Positions 30,955-40,468 of a DNA stretch of 64,000 nt are shown one piece after another; position 1 is the stretch's first letter; every line of letters begins with the position of its first letter. The notes below the pieces were generated by a model. The model ran no database searches. It was not told where the DNA came from and saw only the letters and a program-made list of their open reading frames with translations. The position numbers and the translations under genes are program-made. This DNA comes from Chromatiales bacterium (lineage in GTDB: Bacteria > Pseudomonadota > Gammaproteobacteria > RBG-16-57-12), in assembly GCA_026989455.1 (NCBI GenBank), contig JALSJH010000019.1:14596-78595 (forward strand), given 5' to 3'.

Positions 30955-31428
30955 ATGGGGTATCCGTGGCGATTACTGATTGTTGTGTTAACAGTGTCGG
31001 GGTGTGTGGCGGACTCGGAGCGGGGGCGCTCACAGCAAGTCTCTGAAATCGAAAAGCGGATGGTCAAGCAGGATGTCGATAAGGGTGTTGTGGCGGAGCG
31101 GTTGCTACAGGAAGCCAATAATGCCCGAATGGTGGGGGATACCTATCTGGCGATTGATTACACAAAACGGGCTAAGTATTATACCCCGGAAAGCCCAGTG
31201 ATCTGGTTTCAGCTAGCACAGCTTTACCTACAGCAGGGGCGCTACAAAGAGGCTGAGGCGAGTGCGCTGAGAACGATCCGCTACTCTAATAATAGCACTC
31301 AGATACAGGCTAAAGGGTGGCGTTTGATTGAGCAGTCACGGCTGTTATTAGGGCGCGAGGATCGTGCTCAATATGCCGGAACTCGTGCCGCCGAGCTTGA
31401 GCGCGAACAAGTTTTCTTTAAAGATTGA
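30955..31428 (+). CDS. TPR-containing lipoprotein
   Basis: VSGC lipobox; TPR-like PESPVIWFQLAQLYLQQGRYKEAEASA. Confidence 0.75.
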   Translation: MGYPWRLLIVVLTVSGCVADSERGRSQQVSEIEKRMVKQDVDKGVVAERLLQEANNARMVGDTYLAIDYTKRAKYYTPESPVIWFQLAQLYLQQGRYKEAEASALRTIRYSNNSTQIQAKGWRLIEQSRLLLGREDRAQYAGTRAAELEREQVFFKD

Positions 31429-31467
31429 AAAGGTTTCCATCTTTTTTTAAATTGGTTTATAAGACTC

Positions 31468-31507
31468 TAGTACATCAACCCGCCTATATAATAGGGTTGA
31501 TGTACTA
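31468..31507. repeat. 14-bp perfect inverted repeat bounded by TA
   Basis: TAGTACATCAACCC-12nt-GGGTTGATGTACTA. Confidence 0.75.
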
Positions 31508-31541
31508 ATTACCTATACATTTTATTTGTGAGAAATATCCG

Positions 31542-32045
31542 GTGGGTATCTACGCGGTTGATAAATTAATGAAAGAGGCTCGTACCTTGGCGGCGCAATA
31601 CCGCAAGGCGACGGGTAAGCCGCTAGGAATTAGCAGTGAAATTGCGGAGTATGATGCGGCGCGTTTACTGAATCTTGAGCTCTGTACCGACCGCTCTGCC
31701 GGGTTTGATGCCATTGGTGCGGGTGAGCGGGAAGGGCGGCGTGTTCAAATTAAGGGGCGCGCTATTTTCGATGAGCGCAAATCGGGCCATCGTATTGGTC
31801 AATTGAAGTGTGACAAATCGTGGGATAGCGTAGTACTGGTGATTATGAACTCGGAGTATGAACCCGTCGAGATCTATGAGGCCAGTCGTGATGTTATCGA
31901 TGAGGCGATGGCGGCTAGCCAGAGCAAACGGGCTAACCGTGGTGCGATGACGGTGGCAAAATTCAAAGTGATCAGTGAGCTGGTCTGGTGTGTTGAAACG
32001 GGTGCGATTACGGATGAGGTTCGGGATAGTCACGGTGATGAATAA
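31542..32045 (+). CDS. Hypothetical protein with PD-(D/E)XK-like motif (DUF6998-like)
   Basis: SEIAEY...AGFDA...VQIKGR...RIGQL...WDSVVLV; GTG start. Confidence 0.7.
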   Translation: MGIYAVDKLMKEARTLAAQYRKATGKPLGISSEIAEYDAARLLNLELCTDRSAGFDAIGAGEREGRRVQIKGRAIFDERKSGHRIGQLKCDKSWDSVVLVIMNSEYEPVEIYEASRDVIDEAMAASQSKRANRGAMTVAKFKVISELVWCVETGAITDEVRDSHGDE

Positions 32046-32080
32046 GATGTTGAGTTTCAGGGCTGATTGCTGAAAATACC

Positions 32081-34036
32081 ATGCAGAATTGTACTGACAT
32101 ACTGGGCCATGATGGCCCTTTTTCACACCACCTGACAGGCTTTGCACCACGTCTGCAGCAGCAAGAGATGGCTGAGCAGGTTGAGAAGGCGATTAGTGAT
32201 CGCTCGATTTTGGTGGCCGAGGCGGGTACCGGTACGGGCAAAACTTTTGCCTATCTAGTGCCGGCACTGCTTTCATCAGAAAAAGTTATTGTCTCAACCG
32301 GTACCAAAAACCTTCAGGATCAACTCTTTTATCGTGACCTTCCCCTAGTACGCAAAGCGTTACAGCAGCCAGGTAAGGTGGCTCTATTGAAGGGGCGATC
32401 TAACTATCTTTGTCACTACCGGCTTGATCTGTATCGGAATAGTCCTCGCGTTCAAAATCCGGCACTGCACAAAACATTAATCAAAATAAAGCGTTGGAGC
32501 GAAGTCACTAAAAGTGGTGATACCGGTGAGCTGACCGATGTGGCGGAAGATTCGCCACTCTGGCCGTTTGTCACTTCGACGGCGGATAACTGTCTGGGTC
32601 AGGAGTGTCCTAGTATTGCTGATTGCTGTGTGATGAAGGCACGACGTAAAGCACAAGAAGCTGATTTGGTGGTGGTTAATCATCATCTATTTTTTGCCGA
32701 CCTTTCACTGAAGGAGGAGGGGATTGCCGAGTTGTTGCCAGGGGCCAATGCGGTAATCTTTGACGAAGCACACCAACTCCCTGAAGTGGCCAGTAATTTT
32801 TTTGGCCAAGCCTACAGCAGTAATCAACTGCTGGAGCTGGTGAGTGATATCCAGGCTGCCATTGTGGATGAGGCGGTGGATATGCAGCTGCTCGGTAAAC
32901 TGGCTGATCGGCTGGAGTACACGGCAAAACTGTTTCGACGGGTGATGCCCGATAACAGTAACCGCATCACCTGGAAAGTGTGCAGGCAGATCGATGGCGT
33001 GGATGCCGCTCTGAAAGAGATGGGCGAAACACTGGGTGAACTACTGGAACAGCTGGAGGTGGGTGCTGAGCGGGGCAAAGTGTTAGCGAACTGTTTTGAA
33101 CGCTGTGGTGAGTTGTATGAGCGTTTCCAGAAGTTAACCGGGGAGACACCTGAAGGTTTTATCCACTGGGTTGGCGTGTTCAATCGCTCGGTGGTGGTTA
33201 ACCTGACCCCCATGGATATTGCTGATATTTTCAGGGAATATATGAAATCACGCCCCTGCGGTTGGATTTTCACATCCGCTACGCTCACGGTTGCTAACAG
33301 CTTTGAGCATATTTGCAGAACCTTGGGTATCGATGATGCGGTCTCCCATAGCTGGGATAGCCCATTTGATTACATGAACCAGTCGGTTCTCTATATCCCT
33401 ACAGGTCTGCCAGAGCCCTCAAGTAGTGAATATGGTGCAGAAGTGGTGGCGCAGGCGTTGCCGGTGTTACGGGCGAGTGAAGGGCGTGCATTTATGCTGT
33501 TTACCAGCCACCGTGCCCTTCAGGAGGCGGCGGGGTTGCTTGAGGATGAGTTGGATTACCCGCTGTTTATTCAAGGCAGTATGCCGCGTTCACAGCTACT
33601 GGCCAAGTTTCGAAAAACCGCCAATGCTATTTTGCTGGGCACCAGCAGTTTTTGGGAGGGGGTGGATGTGCGTGGCGAGGCGCTCTCTTGTGTGATTATC
33701 GATAAGCTGCCCTTTGCTTCACCGGGTGATCCACTGTTGCAGGCACGTATTGATGCGATTCGTGAACGTGGAGGTAACTCTTTTCGTGACTATCAACTTC
33801 CCCAGGCGGTGATCGCACTGAAGCAAGGGGTGGGGCGGCTGATTCGCGATGTCAATGATCGCGGAGTATTAATGATTTGTGATCCCCGTACGCTGAATAA
33901 ATCCTATGGCAGAATATTTATCGACTCTCTTCCCCGTATGAAACGTACCCGTAACTTAAAGCGTGTGGAGCAGTTCTTTGAGGAACCCCTAAAAGAGCCG
34001 ATAGTAGATTCAAGCGTAGATTCAAGCGCTCAGTGA
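32081..34036 (+). CDS. yoaA: DinG/XPD-family Fe-S DNA helicase YoaA
   Basis: EAGTGTGKT, KGRSNYLC, Fe-S Cys cluster, DEAH, SATL, FWEGVD, DKLPF, QGVGRLIR; upstream of tsaB. Confidence 0.93.
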   Translation: MQNCTDILGHDGPFSHHLTGFAPRLQQQEMAEQVEKAISDRSILVAEAGTGTGKTFAYLVPALLSSEKVIVSTGTKNLQDQLFYRDLPLVRKALQQPGKVALLKGRSNYLCHYRLDLYRNSPRVQNPALHKTLIKIKRWSEVTKSGDTGELTDVAEDSPLWPFVTSTADNCLGQECPSIADCCVMKARRKAQEADLVVVNHHLFFADLSLKEEGIAELLPGANAVIFDEAHQLPEVASNFFGQAYSSNQLLELVSDIQAAIVDEAVDMQLLGKLADRLEYTAKLFRRVMPDNSNRITWKVCRQIDGVDAALKEMGETLGELLEQLEVGAERGKVLANCFERCGELYERFQKLTGETPEGFIHWVGVFNRSVVVNLTPMDIADIFREYMKSRPCGWIFTSATLTVANSFEHICRTLGIDDAVSHSWDSPFDYMNQSVLYIPTGLPEPSSSEYGAEVVAQALPVLRASEGRAFMLFTSHRALQEAAGLLEDELDYPLFIQGSMPRSQLLAKFRKTANAILLGTSSFWEGVDVRGEALSCVIIDKLPFASPGDPLLQARIDAIRERGGNSFRDYQLPQAVIALKQGVGRLIRDVNDRGVLMICDPRTLNKSYGRIFIDSLPRMKRTRNLKRVEQFFEEPLKEPIVDSSVDSSAQ

Positions 34037-34061
34037 ACTCTCAGCCAATAGAAGGTCTTAT

Positions 34062-34742
34062 ATGAGTTGCCATAAAATACTCGCCATTGAAACATCGACG
34101 GCGGCTTGCTCTGCCGCATTACAGATCGGAAATGAGGTGATTGGGGAGTTTGAAATTGCTCCGCGACAACACTCTGAATTGATCATTTCGATGGTAGACA
34201 AGTTGCTTGTTGAGTCGGGATTTTCATTGCGTCAGCTAGATAGCATCGCTTTTTCCCGTGGGCCGGGCGCCTTTACGGGGTTGCGTATTGCTGCGGGTGT
34301 GGTGCAGGGGCTTGCGTTTGCAAGTGACTTGCCGGTTACGCCCGTTTCAACGCTGGCGGCGATGGCTCACGGGGCCTTTCGCGACTACGGCACACAACGG
34401 GTGCTGGTGGCCAATGATGCGAGCATGAAAGAGGTCTATTTTGGTGCGTATTATATTCCTGAGCTTGGCCAAGCAAATTTATTAGACGAAGAGCGCGTGA
34501 TATCCATGGCAGATATCTCCTCGCTGGATGAGGGCGAGTGGCTGGCACTGGGCAATGGTTGGCAGCGTTATGCCGATCAAATACCTGCAGCAGTGGCTGA
34601 TCAGGTGCATAAGAGGGTGATCGAATACTACCCCGATGCAAAAGAGGTGGTAAGCCTAGCACAAGCCCTTTTTTCCAAGGGTGAGTATGTAGCGGCTGAA
34701 GAGGCGATTCCCATCTATTTACGTGACAAGGTTGTGGGTTAA
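34062..34742 (+). CDS. tsaB: tRNA t6A biosynthesis protein TsaB
   Basis: LAIETS..ACSAAL, GPGAFTGLRI, PIYLRDKV. Confidence 0.95.
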   Translation: MSCHKILAIETSTAACSAALQIGNEVIGEFEIAPRQHSELIISMVDKLLVESGFSLRQLDSIAFSRGPGAFTGLRIAAGVVQGLAFASDLPVTPVSTLAAMAHGAFRDYGTQRVLVANDASMKEVYFGAYYIPELGQANLLDEERVISMADISSLDEGEWLALGNGWQRYADQIPAAVADQVHKRVIEYYPDAKEVVSLAQALFSKGEYVAAEEAIPIYLRDKVVG

Positions 34743-34819
34743 GGAAGCTCTGAACAAGTCATGAATGTTTTATGCTGGCTGAAATTGCCTACATTTATCC
34801 AGACTTAATTAGAGACTTC
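34743..34819 (-). mobile_element. MITE family A, deleted copy (77 bp) with TTAA target duplication at the tsaB stop codon
   Basis: TTAA|GGAAGCTCTGAACAAGTC...GACTTAATTAGAGACTTC|TTAA. Confidence 0.88.
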
Positions 34820-34849
34820 TTAATGGGCCGAGTAAAGTGGTGATAACGG

Positions 34850-36055
34850 ATGTTTAAAAGAGAGTGGCCCTTGAAACAGTTGATAACAGTTTTAATGCTT
34901 GGCGGATTGTTGATGCTGGTGGGATGTTCGAGTATTCCGGACCATCGTTCAGATGCTGCGCGTTACTCTGCCCCCATCTCTGAGTTGGATGTTTATAGTC
35001 TGATGACCACTCGTCAGGCTGGGCGTATTAATTTCAGTGGCAAAAATCTTACACGCCTGACCATGAATAATGCCGATTTTTCCGGTGTGAAGTTTGTTGA
35101 GTCGTACCTCGGTTTTACCGAGCTACGCCGCACCAAGTTGGAGAATGCCGATTTTTCAGGTGCTAATTTGCACCATGTGGATCTTCGGGGGGCTAATTTG
35201 CGTTATGCCTCGTTGCGCGATGCCATGCTGCGTTATGCGGATCTCAGTGGTGCTGATTTAACCGGTGCTGATTTGACCGGTGCGGATCTGCGCGGCGCAA
35301 AACTGAATAGGACAATTTTTGATGGAACCATTTTGGTTGAAACTGATTTTATCGATGCAGAGATTCATCGTGCAAAATTTAGTAATGTAGAGTTTCGCTA
35401 TACTCGCTTTAAAAATGCGTCACTGGATTACTCTGTCTTTAAGGAGGTCATTTTCAATGATGGAATTTATGTTGGTGCATCTATGGTGAGTGTGGTGATG
35501 CGTAAAGCTAATCTATTTCTTATCGAGATGGAAAATGTTGATTTCACTCGGGCTAACTTTCGCGGAGCAAGTTTTGAGAGAGCTAAATTCACTAAGGTTA
35601 AATTTGACCGGGCTGATTTGAGTCATGCCTATCTGCATGCAACTACATTTAAAGATAACTCCATGCGGGGTGTGAATCTTCGCCATAGCAGGGCCATCTC
35701 TTCCAATTTTACAGGTAGTAATTTGGAGGGTGCTAATCTTTATAGAATGGATGCTACAAGGGCAAATTTTGTCTGGACAAATTTGAATAATGTGAAGGCC
35801 TCCGAGGCTAATTTTGAGTCGGCAAATATGAATAACGCCAGTATGCGTAACAGTGACTTTCGCCGTGCAAGATTCGTGGGTTCTAACCTGATCTCCTCCT
35901 CTTTTGCATATAGTGACTTGAGTGAGGCTGATTTTCTGAAGTCTGATATTCGTGGTGTTGACTTTACCGGGGCAAAACTTTTTCGGGTAAAAAACCTTGA
36001 TGATGTGAATGGCTTAAAGAAAACAAGAAACCTTGATCCTTCCACTATTTTGTAA
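34850..36055 (+). CDS. Pentapeptide-repeat lipoprotein
   Basis: LVGC lipobox, then over 300 aa of A(D/N)(L/F)xx repeats (ADLSGADLTGADLTGADLRGAKL). Confidence 0.9.
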   Translation: MFKREWPLKQLITVLMLGGLLMLVGCSSIPDHRSDAARYSAPISELDVYSLMTTRQAGRINFSGKNLTRLTMNNADFSGVKFVESYLGFTELRRTKLENADFSGANLHHVDLRGANLRYASLRDAMLRYADLSGADLTGADLTGADLRGAKLNRTIFDGTILVETDFIDAEIHRAKFSNVEFRYTRFKNASLDYSVFKEVIFNDGIYVGASMVSVVMRKANLFLIEMENVDFTRANFRGASFERAKFTKVKFDRADLSHAYLHATTFKDNSMRGVNLRHSRAISSNFTGSNLEGANLYRMDATRANFVWTNLNNVKASEANFESANMNNASMRNSDFRRARFVGSNLISSSFAYSDLSEADFLKSDIRGVDFTGAKLFRVKNLDDVNGLKKTRNLDPSTIL

Positions 36056-36073
36056 TGTCGCTATAATCAATGG

Positions 36074-36379
36074 ATGCGTATTGGCGATAATAATTCCTCT
36101 TTTTATGGCTTAGGCCATCAGACTCCTGCCGTTACCAAGCCAGCGGTTGCCGAATTACCCCAAAAACCTACAGCATCACCTCCTGTGCCAGTGTCACCCA
36201 TTGATGAGGCAAAAAAACAGCAGCTGTTACAGCGTTACCTGCAGACGGAGAGAGTGGATGATGGGGTGCTCAGCTCAAGCTACTCGCAACAGCGAGCAGT
36301 GGAGAGGTATAGCCAGCAGGCGCAACAAGATGAGTTGCAGCAGCTGCAGGCTGTGCTGGGTATCGATGAATATGCTTAG
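36074..36379 (+). CDS. Hypothetical protein
   Basis: 101-aa ORF filling the gap, ends LGIDEYA; no recognised domain. Confidence 0.6.
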   Translation: MRIGDNNSSFYGLGHQTPAVTKPAVAELPQKPTASPPVPVSPIDEAKKQQLLQRYLQTERVDDGVLSSSYSQQRAVERYSQQAQQDELQQLQAVLGIDEYA

Positions 36380-36395
36380 GCCGAACTCGGCCAGC

Positions 36396-36502
36396 TGCCT
36401 AAATGGACGCAGGCAAGGGGCGATAGCAGATAGCAGGACGCGGTAGTTTTGATCCCACCAGAGTTGCGCAATCCTTGCGCAAATTTACGAAGTATCCAGA
36501 TT
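36396..36502. mobile_element. MITE-like family B partial copy
   Basis: Core TGCCTAAATGGACGCAGG...AGCAGGACGCGGTAG matches 10692-10741; right end is the reverse complement of the 10649 left end. Confidence 0.65.
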
Positions 36503-37226
36503 AAAAGCGAAAGCCCAGTTTGGCGCTGTAGCTGCTGTAACCGCCAGTTTTGTCTGATTCAACGGCAATGTTCAATAGCCCCAAGTTGATATTAATACCC
36601 GCGTAGAGCTTACTTTGCGAGAAGTCGACACTGTCCAGTGCTGTCGAGTCAATATCACTGCTGGTCCAGACTCGCCCGATGCCTGCGTAGGGGGTTAGCA
36701 TCAAAAAGCCTTTTGATATGGAAAGGTCAAGGCTGCGAGTGCTCATTTCGTAGTTATCGACTCCGGTCAGGGAGGTGCCCGCAAGGCGTATGCCCACAGC
36801 GGGTGTTACGGTGCCACCATCCAAGATTGCATAACGTAGCTCATAGCCTGTTAGTTGGATATTGGTGCTGGGGATTGCGCTGATAAAGGCACCCACATCA
36901 ATGCCGAAGGGTAGGCCGACATGGGCGTGTAATTTTGGAATGATAATGGCGCTGGGCGCATCATTACCGAAAGCGTCGTTGAAAACACTATCATTGTCTA
37001 TTGTGGTGCTGCTCACCTCTAAGCCCACATCAAAACCAAAGGGTAGTAAACCGCTGGAGAGCGCCTCAGCGGGAGTGACGGCTTTATAACTCATCGCAGC
37101 ACTTAAGTTTTCTGATAGCTCTTTAAACTCAGCTTGAACGGTCATTGAGTCCAAATTGAGGTCGGCGGCCATGGCGGAAGAGCTGGCGGCCAGTAGTGAA
37201 ACGGCGCAAAGGTGACGAAGCTTCAT
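36501..37226 (-). CDS. Hypothetical exported protein, probable outer membrane beta-barrel
   Basis: Signal peptide (AMA), alternating beta strands, C-terminal KLGFRF. Confidence 0.7.
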   Translation of the reverse strand: MKLRHLCAVSLLAASSSAMAADLNLDSMTVQAEFKELSENLSAAMSYKAVTPAEALSSGLLPFGFDVGLEVSSTTIDNDSVFNDAFGNDAPSAIIIPKLHAHVGLPFGIDVGAFISAIPSTNIQLTGYELRYAILDGGTVTPAVGIRLAGTSLTGVDNYEMSTRSLDLSISKGFLMLTPYAGIGRVWTSSDIDSTALDSVDFSQSKLYAGININLGLLNIAVESDKTGGYSSYSAKLGFRF

Positions 37227-37302
37227 AAATCTTCTCCTGAATATAGGCGGATAAACGGTTGATAAGGTACAGTCGCATATTAGCAGTTTGCCTAAAGTGC
37301 TG

Positions 37303-38301
37303 TCACTTTTCTGTGAGTGAGGCCACCATTCGATAAAAACTGTTAATGCGTCGAGGTGTTATAGCGCCCGAATCGGCGGCGACTTGAATGGCGCAACCGG
37401 GTTCCGCTTGATGACGGCAATTTCGGAAGCGACAGTTACCAATATAAGGCTTTAACTCTAAAAAGCCTTCCGCCACTTGCTCTTCGGTAATTTCCCACAA
37501 ACCAAATTCACGTATGCCGGGTGAGTCGATTAGATCGCCGCCCTGTGGCAGGTGATAAAGGGTTGAGGCGGTTGTGGTATGGCGTCCTTTACCAGACCCC
37601 TCGGAGAGTGCACCGATACGAATTATCTGCTCGGGGAAAAGTATTTTAATCAGCGATGACTTGCCAACACCGGAGTGGCCAACAAAAATAGAGGTACGGT
37701 CTTTAAGTTGTTTTATCAGCTCATCCATACCATTTAAAATAACCGCGCTGGTATAGATGATTTGGTAGCCCAATTGATGGTAGATGGCCAATTGCTTCTC
37801 TATAATTGGACGGCTCTGTTCAGTGATTAAATCCGTTTTGTTGACCACAATGACCGGGGTGATGCCGGTGGCCTCAGCGGCCACCAGATAACGATCAATC
37901 AGCCCGGGGCTGATCTCTGGGTAGGTGGCGCAAGTGATCATTATCTGATCAATGTTTGCAGCAATTAGTTTTTTTCGGCCTTGAAAATCAGGGCGAGCCA
38001 GTAAACTATGGCGGGGCATTACTGCGCAGATTACCCCCGAGGTTTCATTTTCAGCCTGCCAGATGACACGATCGCCACACACCAGCTCACCTATGTTTTG
38101 GCGTAATTTACAGCGAACCATTTCGCCATCGGCTCCCTCCACATCCACCGTTTTGCCAAAACGGGTAACCACCAGCCCCTGCTGTTCTGTACCCAGTGAG
38201 ACGTTTTCTATGTTTTCTTGTTTTGCCGCACGCTCAAGGCGTTTCTCTTGAATGCGCTGTGTGTGGCGGCGTTGATTGTGGGTGAGTTTACGCTTGCCCA
38301 T
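37303..38301 (-). CDS. rsgA: Ribosome small subunit biogenesis GTPase RsgA
   Basis: AANID, NKTD, GHSGVGKSS, GRHTT, DSPGIREF, CRFRNCRH..EPGC. Confidence 0.96.
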   Translation of the reverse strand: MGKRKLTHNQRRHTQRIQEKRLERAAKQENIENVSLGTEQQGLVVTRFGKTVDVEGADGEMVRCKLRQNIGELVCGDRVIWQAENETSGVICAVMPRHSLLARPDFQGRKKLIAANIDQIMITCATYPEISPGLIDRYLVAAEATGITPVIVVNKTDLITEQSRPIIEKQLAIYHQLGYQIIYTSAVILNGMDELIKQLKDRTSIFVGHSGVGKSSLIKILFPEQIIRIGALSEGSGKGRHTTTASTLYHLPQGGDLIDSPGIREFGLWEITEEQVAEGFLELKPYIGNCRFRNCRHQAEPGCAIQVAADSGAITPRRINSFYRMVASLTEK

Positions 38302-39545
38302 TATTTGGCCGACTCTTTCAGGTGCTGGATGCGGATCGCAGCAGGTGGATGTGAGTAGTGAAACCCGGCGTAGAGTGGGTCTGGGGTCAGAGTGCTGGCG
38401 TTATCTTTGTAGAGTGCAACCAGCGCATCAATCAGATGTTTGGGTTCACACTGTTGTGCGGCAAAGGTATCTGCTTCAAATTCATGTTTGCGCATCATTA
38501 ATGACGAAATGGGTGCCATAAAGAAGGTGAAGCTTGGCAGTACCAACATAAACAGCATTAATGCGGTATAGGTTGAGGGTGTTGAAACCCCCAGTCCGTG
38601 GAAAAACCACGGCTGTTGCATCAGCCAGCCCAGTAGGGCTAATCCGAGCAGGGAGGAGATCGCCATGGTAAAAAGTCGCTTTGTGACGTGGCGATGTTTG
38701 AAGTGGCCCAGTTCGTGTGCTAAAACGGCTTCAATTTGGTCGTGGTTAAGGCTTTTCAGTAGGGTATCGAAAAAGACGATACGCTTGCTGCCGCCTAGCC
38801 CGGTGAAGTAGGCGTTGCCGTGACTGGAGCGGGTGGAGCCATCCATCACAAAAATACCATCGCTTTGAAAACCGTTGCGTTCAAGTAGCTGTTCGATACG
38901 TTGGCGTAGCGCCGCATCTTCCAGTGGTGAAAATTTATTGAATAGGGGGGCGATGACCGCAGGGTAGAGCCACATCATTACCAGCGTAAAGAGCGACCAA
39001 ACGGCCCAAGCATAGAGCCACCACAGGCTGCCCGCGTTATCCATCAGCCAAAGTATTACCCACAGCAGCGGTAACCCTAGTAGCAGCGACAGGAGTAACT
39101 GCTTGGCGAAATCAGATAAAAACAGCCTGGGGGTTGTGCGGTTGAAACCAAAGCGTTGCTCTATTTTAAAGGTTTGGTAGGCGTTACTGGGTAGGTCGAT
39201 TATGGTCATTAATATTGAAGTGGCCAGTATGAAAATGACACCACTGATGATTTGATTCAGCCCCAGATGCTGTACCTGTTGGTCAAGAAACTCCAGCCCT
39301 CCGCCTAGCGTCCATGCAAATAGCAATAGCGTACCCAGTGTGAGTTCAAACATCTCGAAACGGGTCTTGGTGGTGGTGTATTCAGCGGCTTTTTGGTGTG
39401 CCTCAAGGGTGATCTCTTGTTTGAAAGCCTCGGGCACACTGTTTTTGTGGTGTTGCATATGGCGCAGGTGGCGCATCGAGAGCCAAAACTGTAGAAAAAG
39501 AGCGATAAATGCGCTGCATATAAACAAAAGGGTAAAATTATTCAT
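38301..39545 (-). CDS. M48 (STE24-like) membrane zinc peptidase
   Basis: GSTRSSHGNAYFTG, AVLAHELGH, EFEAD, YSHPP. Confidence 0.93.
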   Translation of the reverse strand: MNNFTLLFICSAFIALFLQFWLSMRHLRHMQHHKNSVPEAFKQEITLEAHQKAAEYTTTKTRFEMFELTLGTLLLFAWTLGGGLEFLDQQVQHLGLNQIISGVIFILATSILMTIIDLPSNAYQTFKIEQRFGFNRTTPRLFLSDFAKQLLLSLLLGLPLLWVILWLMDNAGSLWWLYAWAVWSLFTLVMMWLYPAVIAPLFNKFSPLEDAALRQRIEQLLERNGFQSDGIFVMDGSTRSSHGNAYFTGLGGSKRIVFFDTLLKSLNHDQIEAVLAHELGHFKHRHVTKRLFTMAISSLLGLALLGWLMQQPWFFHGLGVSTPSTYTALMLFMLVLPSFTFFMAPISSLMMRKHEFEADTFAAQQCEPKHLIDALVALYKDNASTLTPDPLYAGFHYSHPPAAIRIQHLKESAK

Positions 39546-39580
39546 AGGGTGAAAGATGGTTTCTGGCAGTGGATTTTCAA

Positions 39581-39743
39581 TGCCCTAATTCCCGGGTAAA
39601 AATGCAAGATAATGTGTAACATATTGATTCCACGGTGAAACAAAAAATAGGAATCGCCTCCATTGGTTCGGCGGCTATTTTTTGTTTTGCTGTGGGATCA
39701 AGCGCTTGAGCAGCATGCGTGTTTCTATCCGGGGATTAGGGTA
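39581..39743 (+). repeat. 163-nt fold-back element upstream of orn (MITE-like or structured RNA)
   Basis: Outer IR CCCTAATTCCCGG/CCGGGGATTAGGG; inner 27-bp IR 39624-39650/39675-39701. Confidence 0.75.
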
Positions 39744-39809
39744 ATAACCAAGCAGGGTAGCCTCTGTTACAATGGTTAGCAACTCATTAAGGCGAGTAAC
39801 AGGCGAGAG

Positions 39810-40361
39810 ATGATGGCACAAGACCCGAATAACCTGATTTGGATTGACCTGGAGATGACAGGGCTCGATCCCGATAATGATCGTATTATTGAAATTGCAA
39901 CAATCGTTACCGACACTGATTTGAAGCTGTTAGCTGAAGGTCCTGTGCTGGCGATTCATCAACCAGATGAGGTGTTGGCGCTGATGGATGAGTGGAACCA
40001 AACCACCCATGGTAACTCAGGTTTGATTGATAGAGTCAAAGCCAGTACCACTACAGAGCAAGATGCGGTTGCAGAGACCCTCTCTTTTTTACAGCGCTAC
40101 TCTTCCAAAGGGAGTTCGCCGATTTGCGGTAACTCAGTGGGCCAAGATCGTCGTTTCCTCTATCGCTGGATGCCTGAGCTTGAAGACTATTTTCACTACC
40201 GTAATCTGGATGTCAGCACCCTTAAGGAGCTGGCGCGTCGCTGGCACCCAAAAATGTACAGTGGTTTGAATAAACGGGGCACCCATAAAGCGTTGGATGA
40301 TATTCGCGAGTCGATTGAAGAGCTGGCCTACTATCGCCAACACTTTCTCAAGCTGCCTTGA
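39810..40361 (+). CDS. orn: Oligoribonuclease
   Basis: [44 protein letters not shown]. Confidence 0.97.
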   Translation: MMAQDPNNLIWIDLEMTGLDPDNDRIIEIATIVTDTDLKLLAEGPVLAIHQPDEVLALMDEWNQTTHGNSGLIDRVKASTTTEQDAVAETLSFLQRYSSKGSSPICGNSVGQDRRFLYRWMPELEDYFHYRNLDVSTLKELARRWHPKMYSGLNKRGTHKALDDIRESIEELAYYRQHFLKLP

Positions 40362-40468
40362 GGCTATCTTTAACCCGTTGGCATGGGCGGGGGGAAGGTT
40401 TTGATGGGGTGTAGAGAGGAGTGAAACGGGGGGATGGTTTTCGGCATCTATTTTGCGAGAACCTTTAC

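Noticed and set aside
34004-34027. 12-bp tandem duplication GTAGATTCAAGC at the yoaA 3' end
   Set aside because: In-frame duplication in an unconserved tail (VDSSVDSS); likely neutral slippage.
35236-35295. 15-bp periodic DNA repeats
   Set aside because: Explained by ADLTG pentapeptide coding repeats.
39581-39743. Fold-back as an integron attC site
   Set aside because: Lacks RYYYAAC/GTTRRRY core ends and cassette organisation; lies between divergent core genes.
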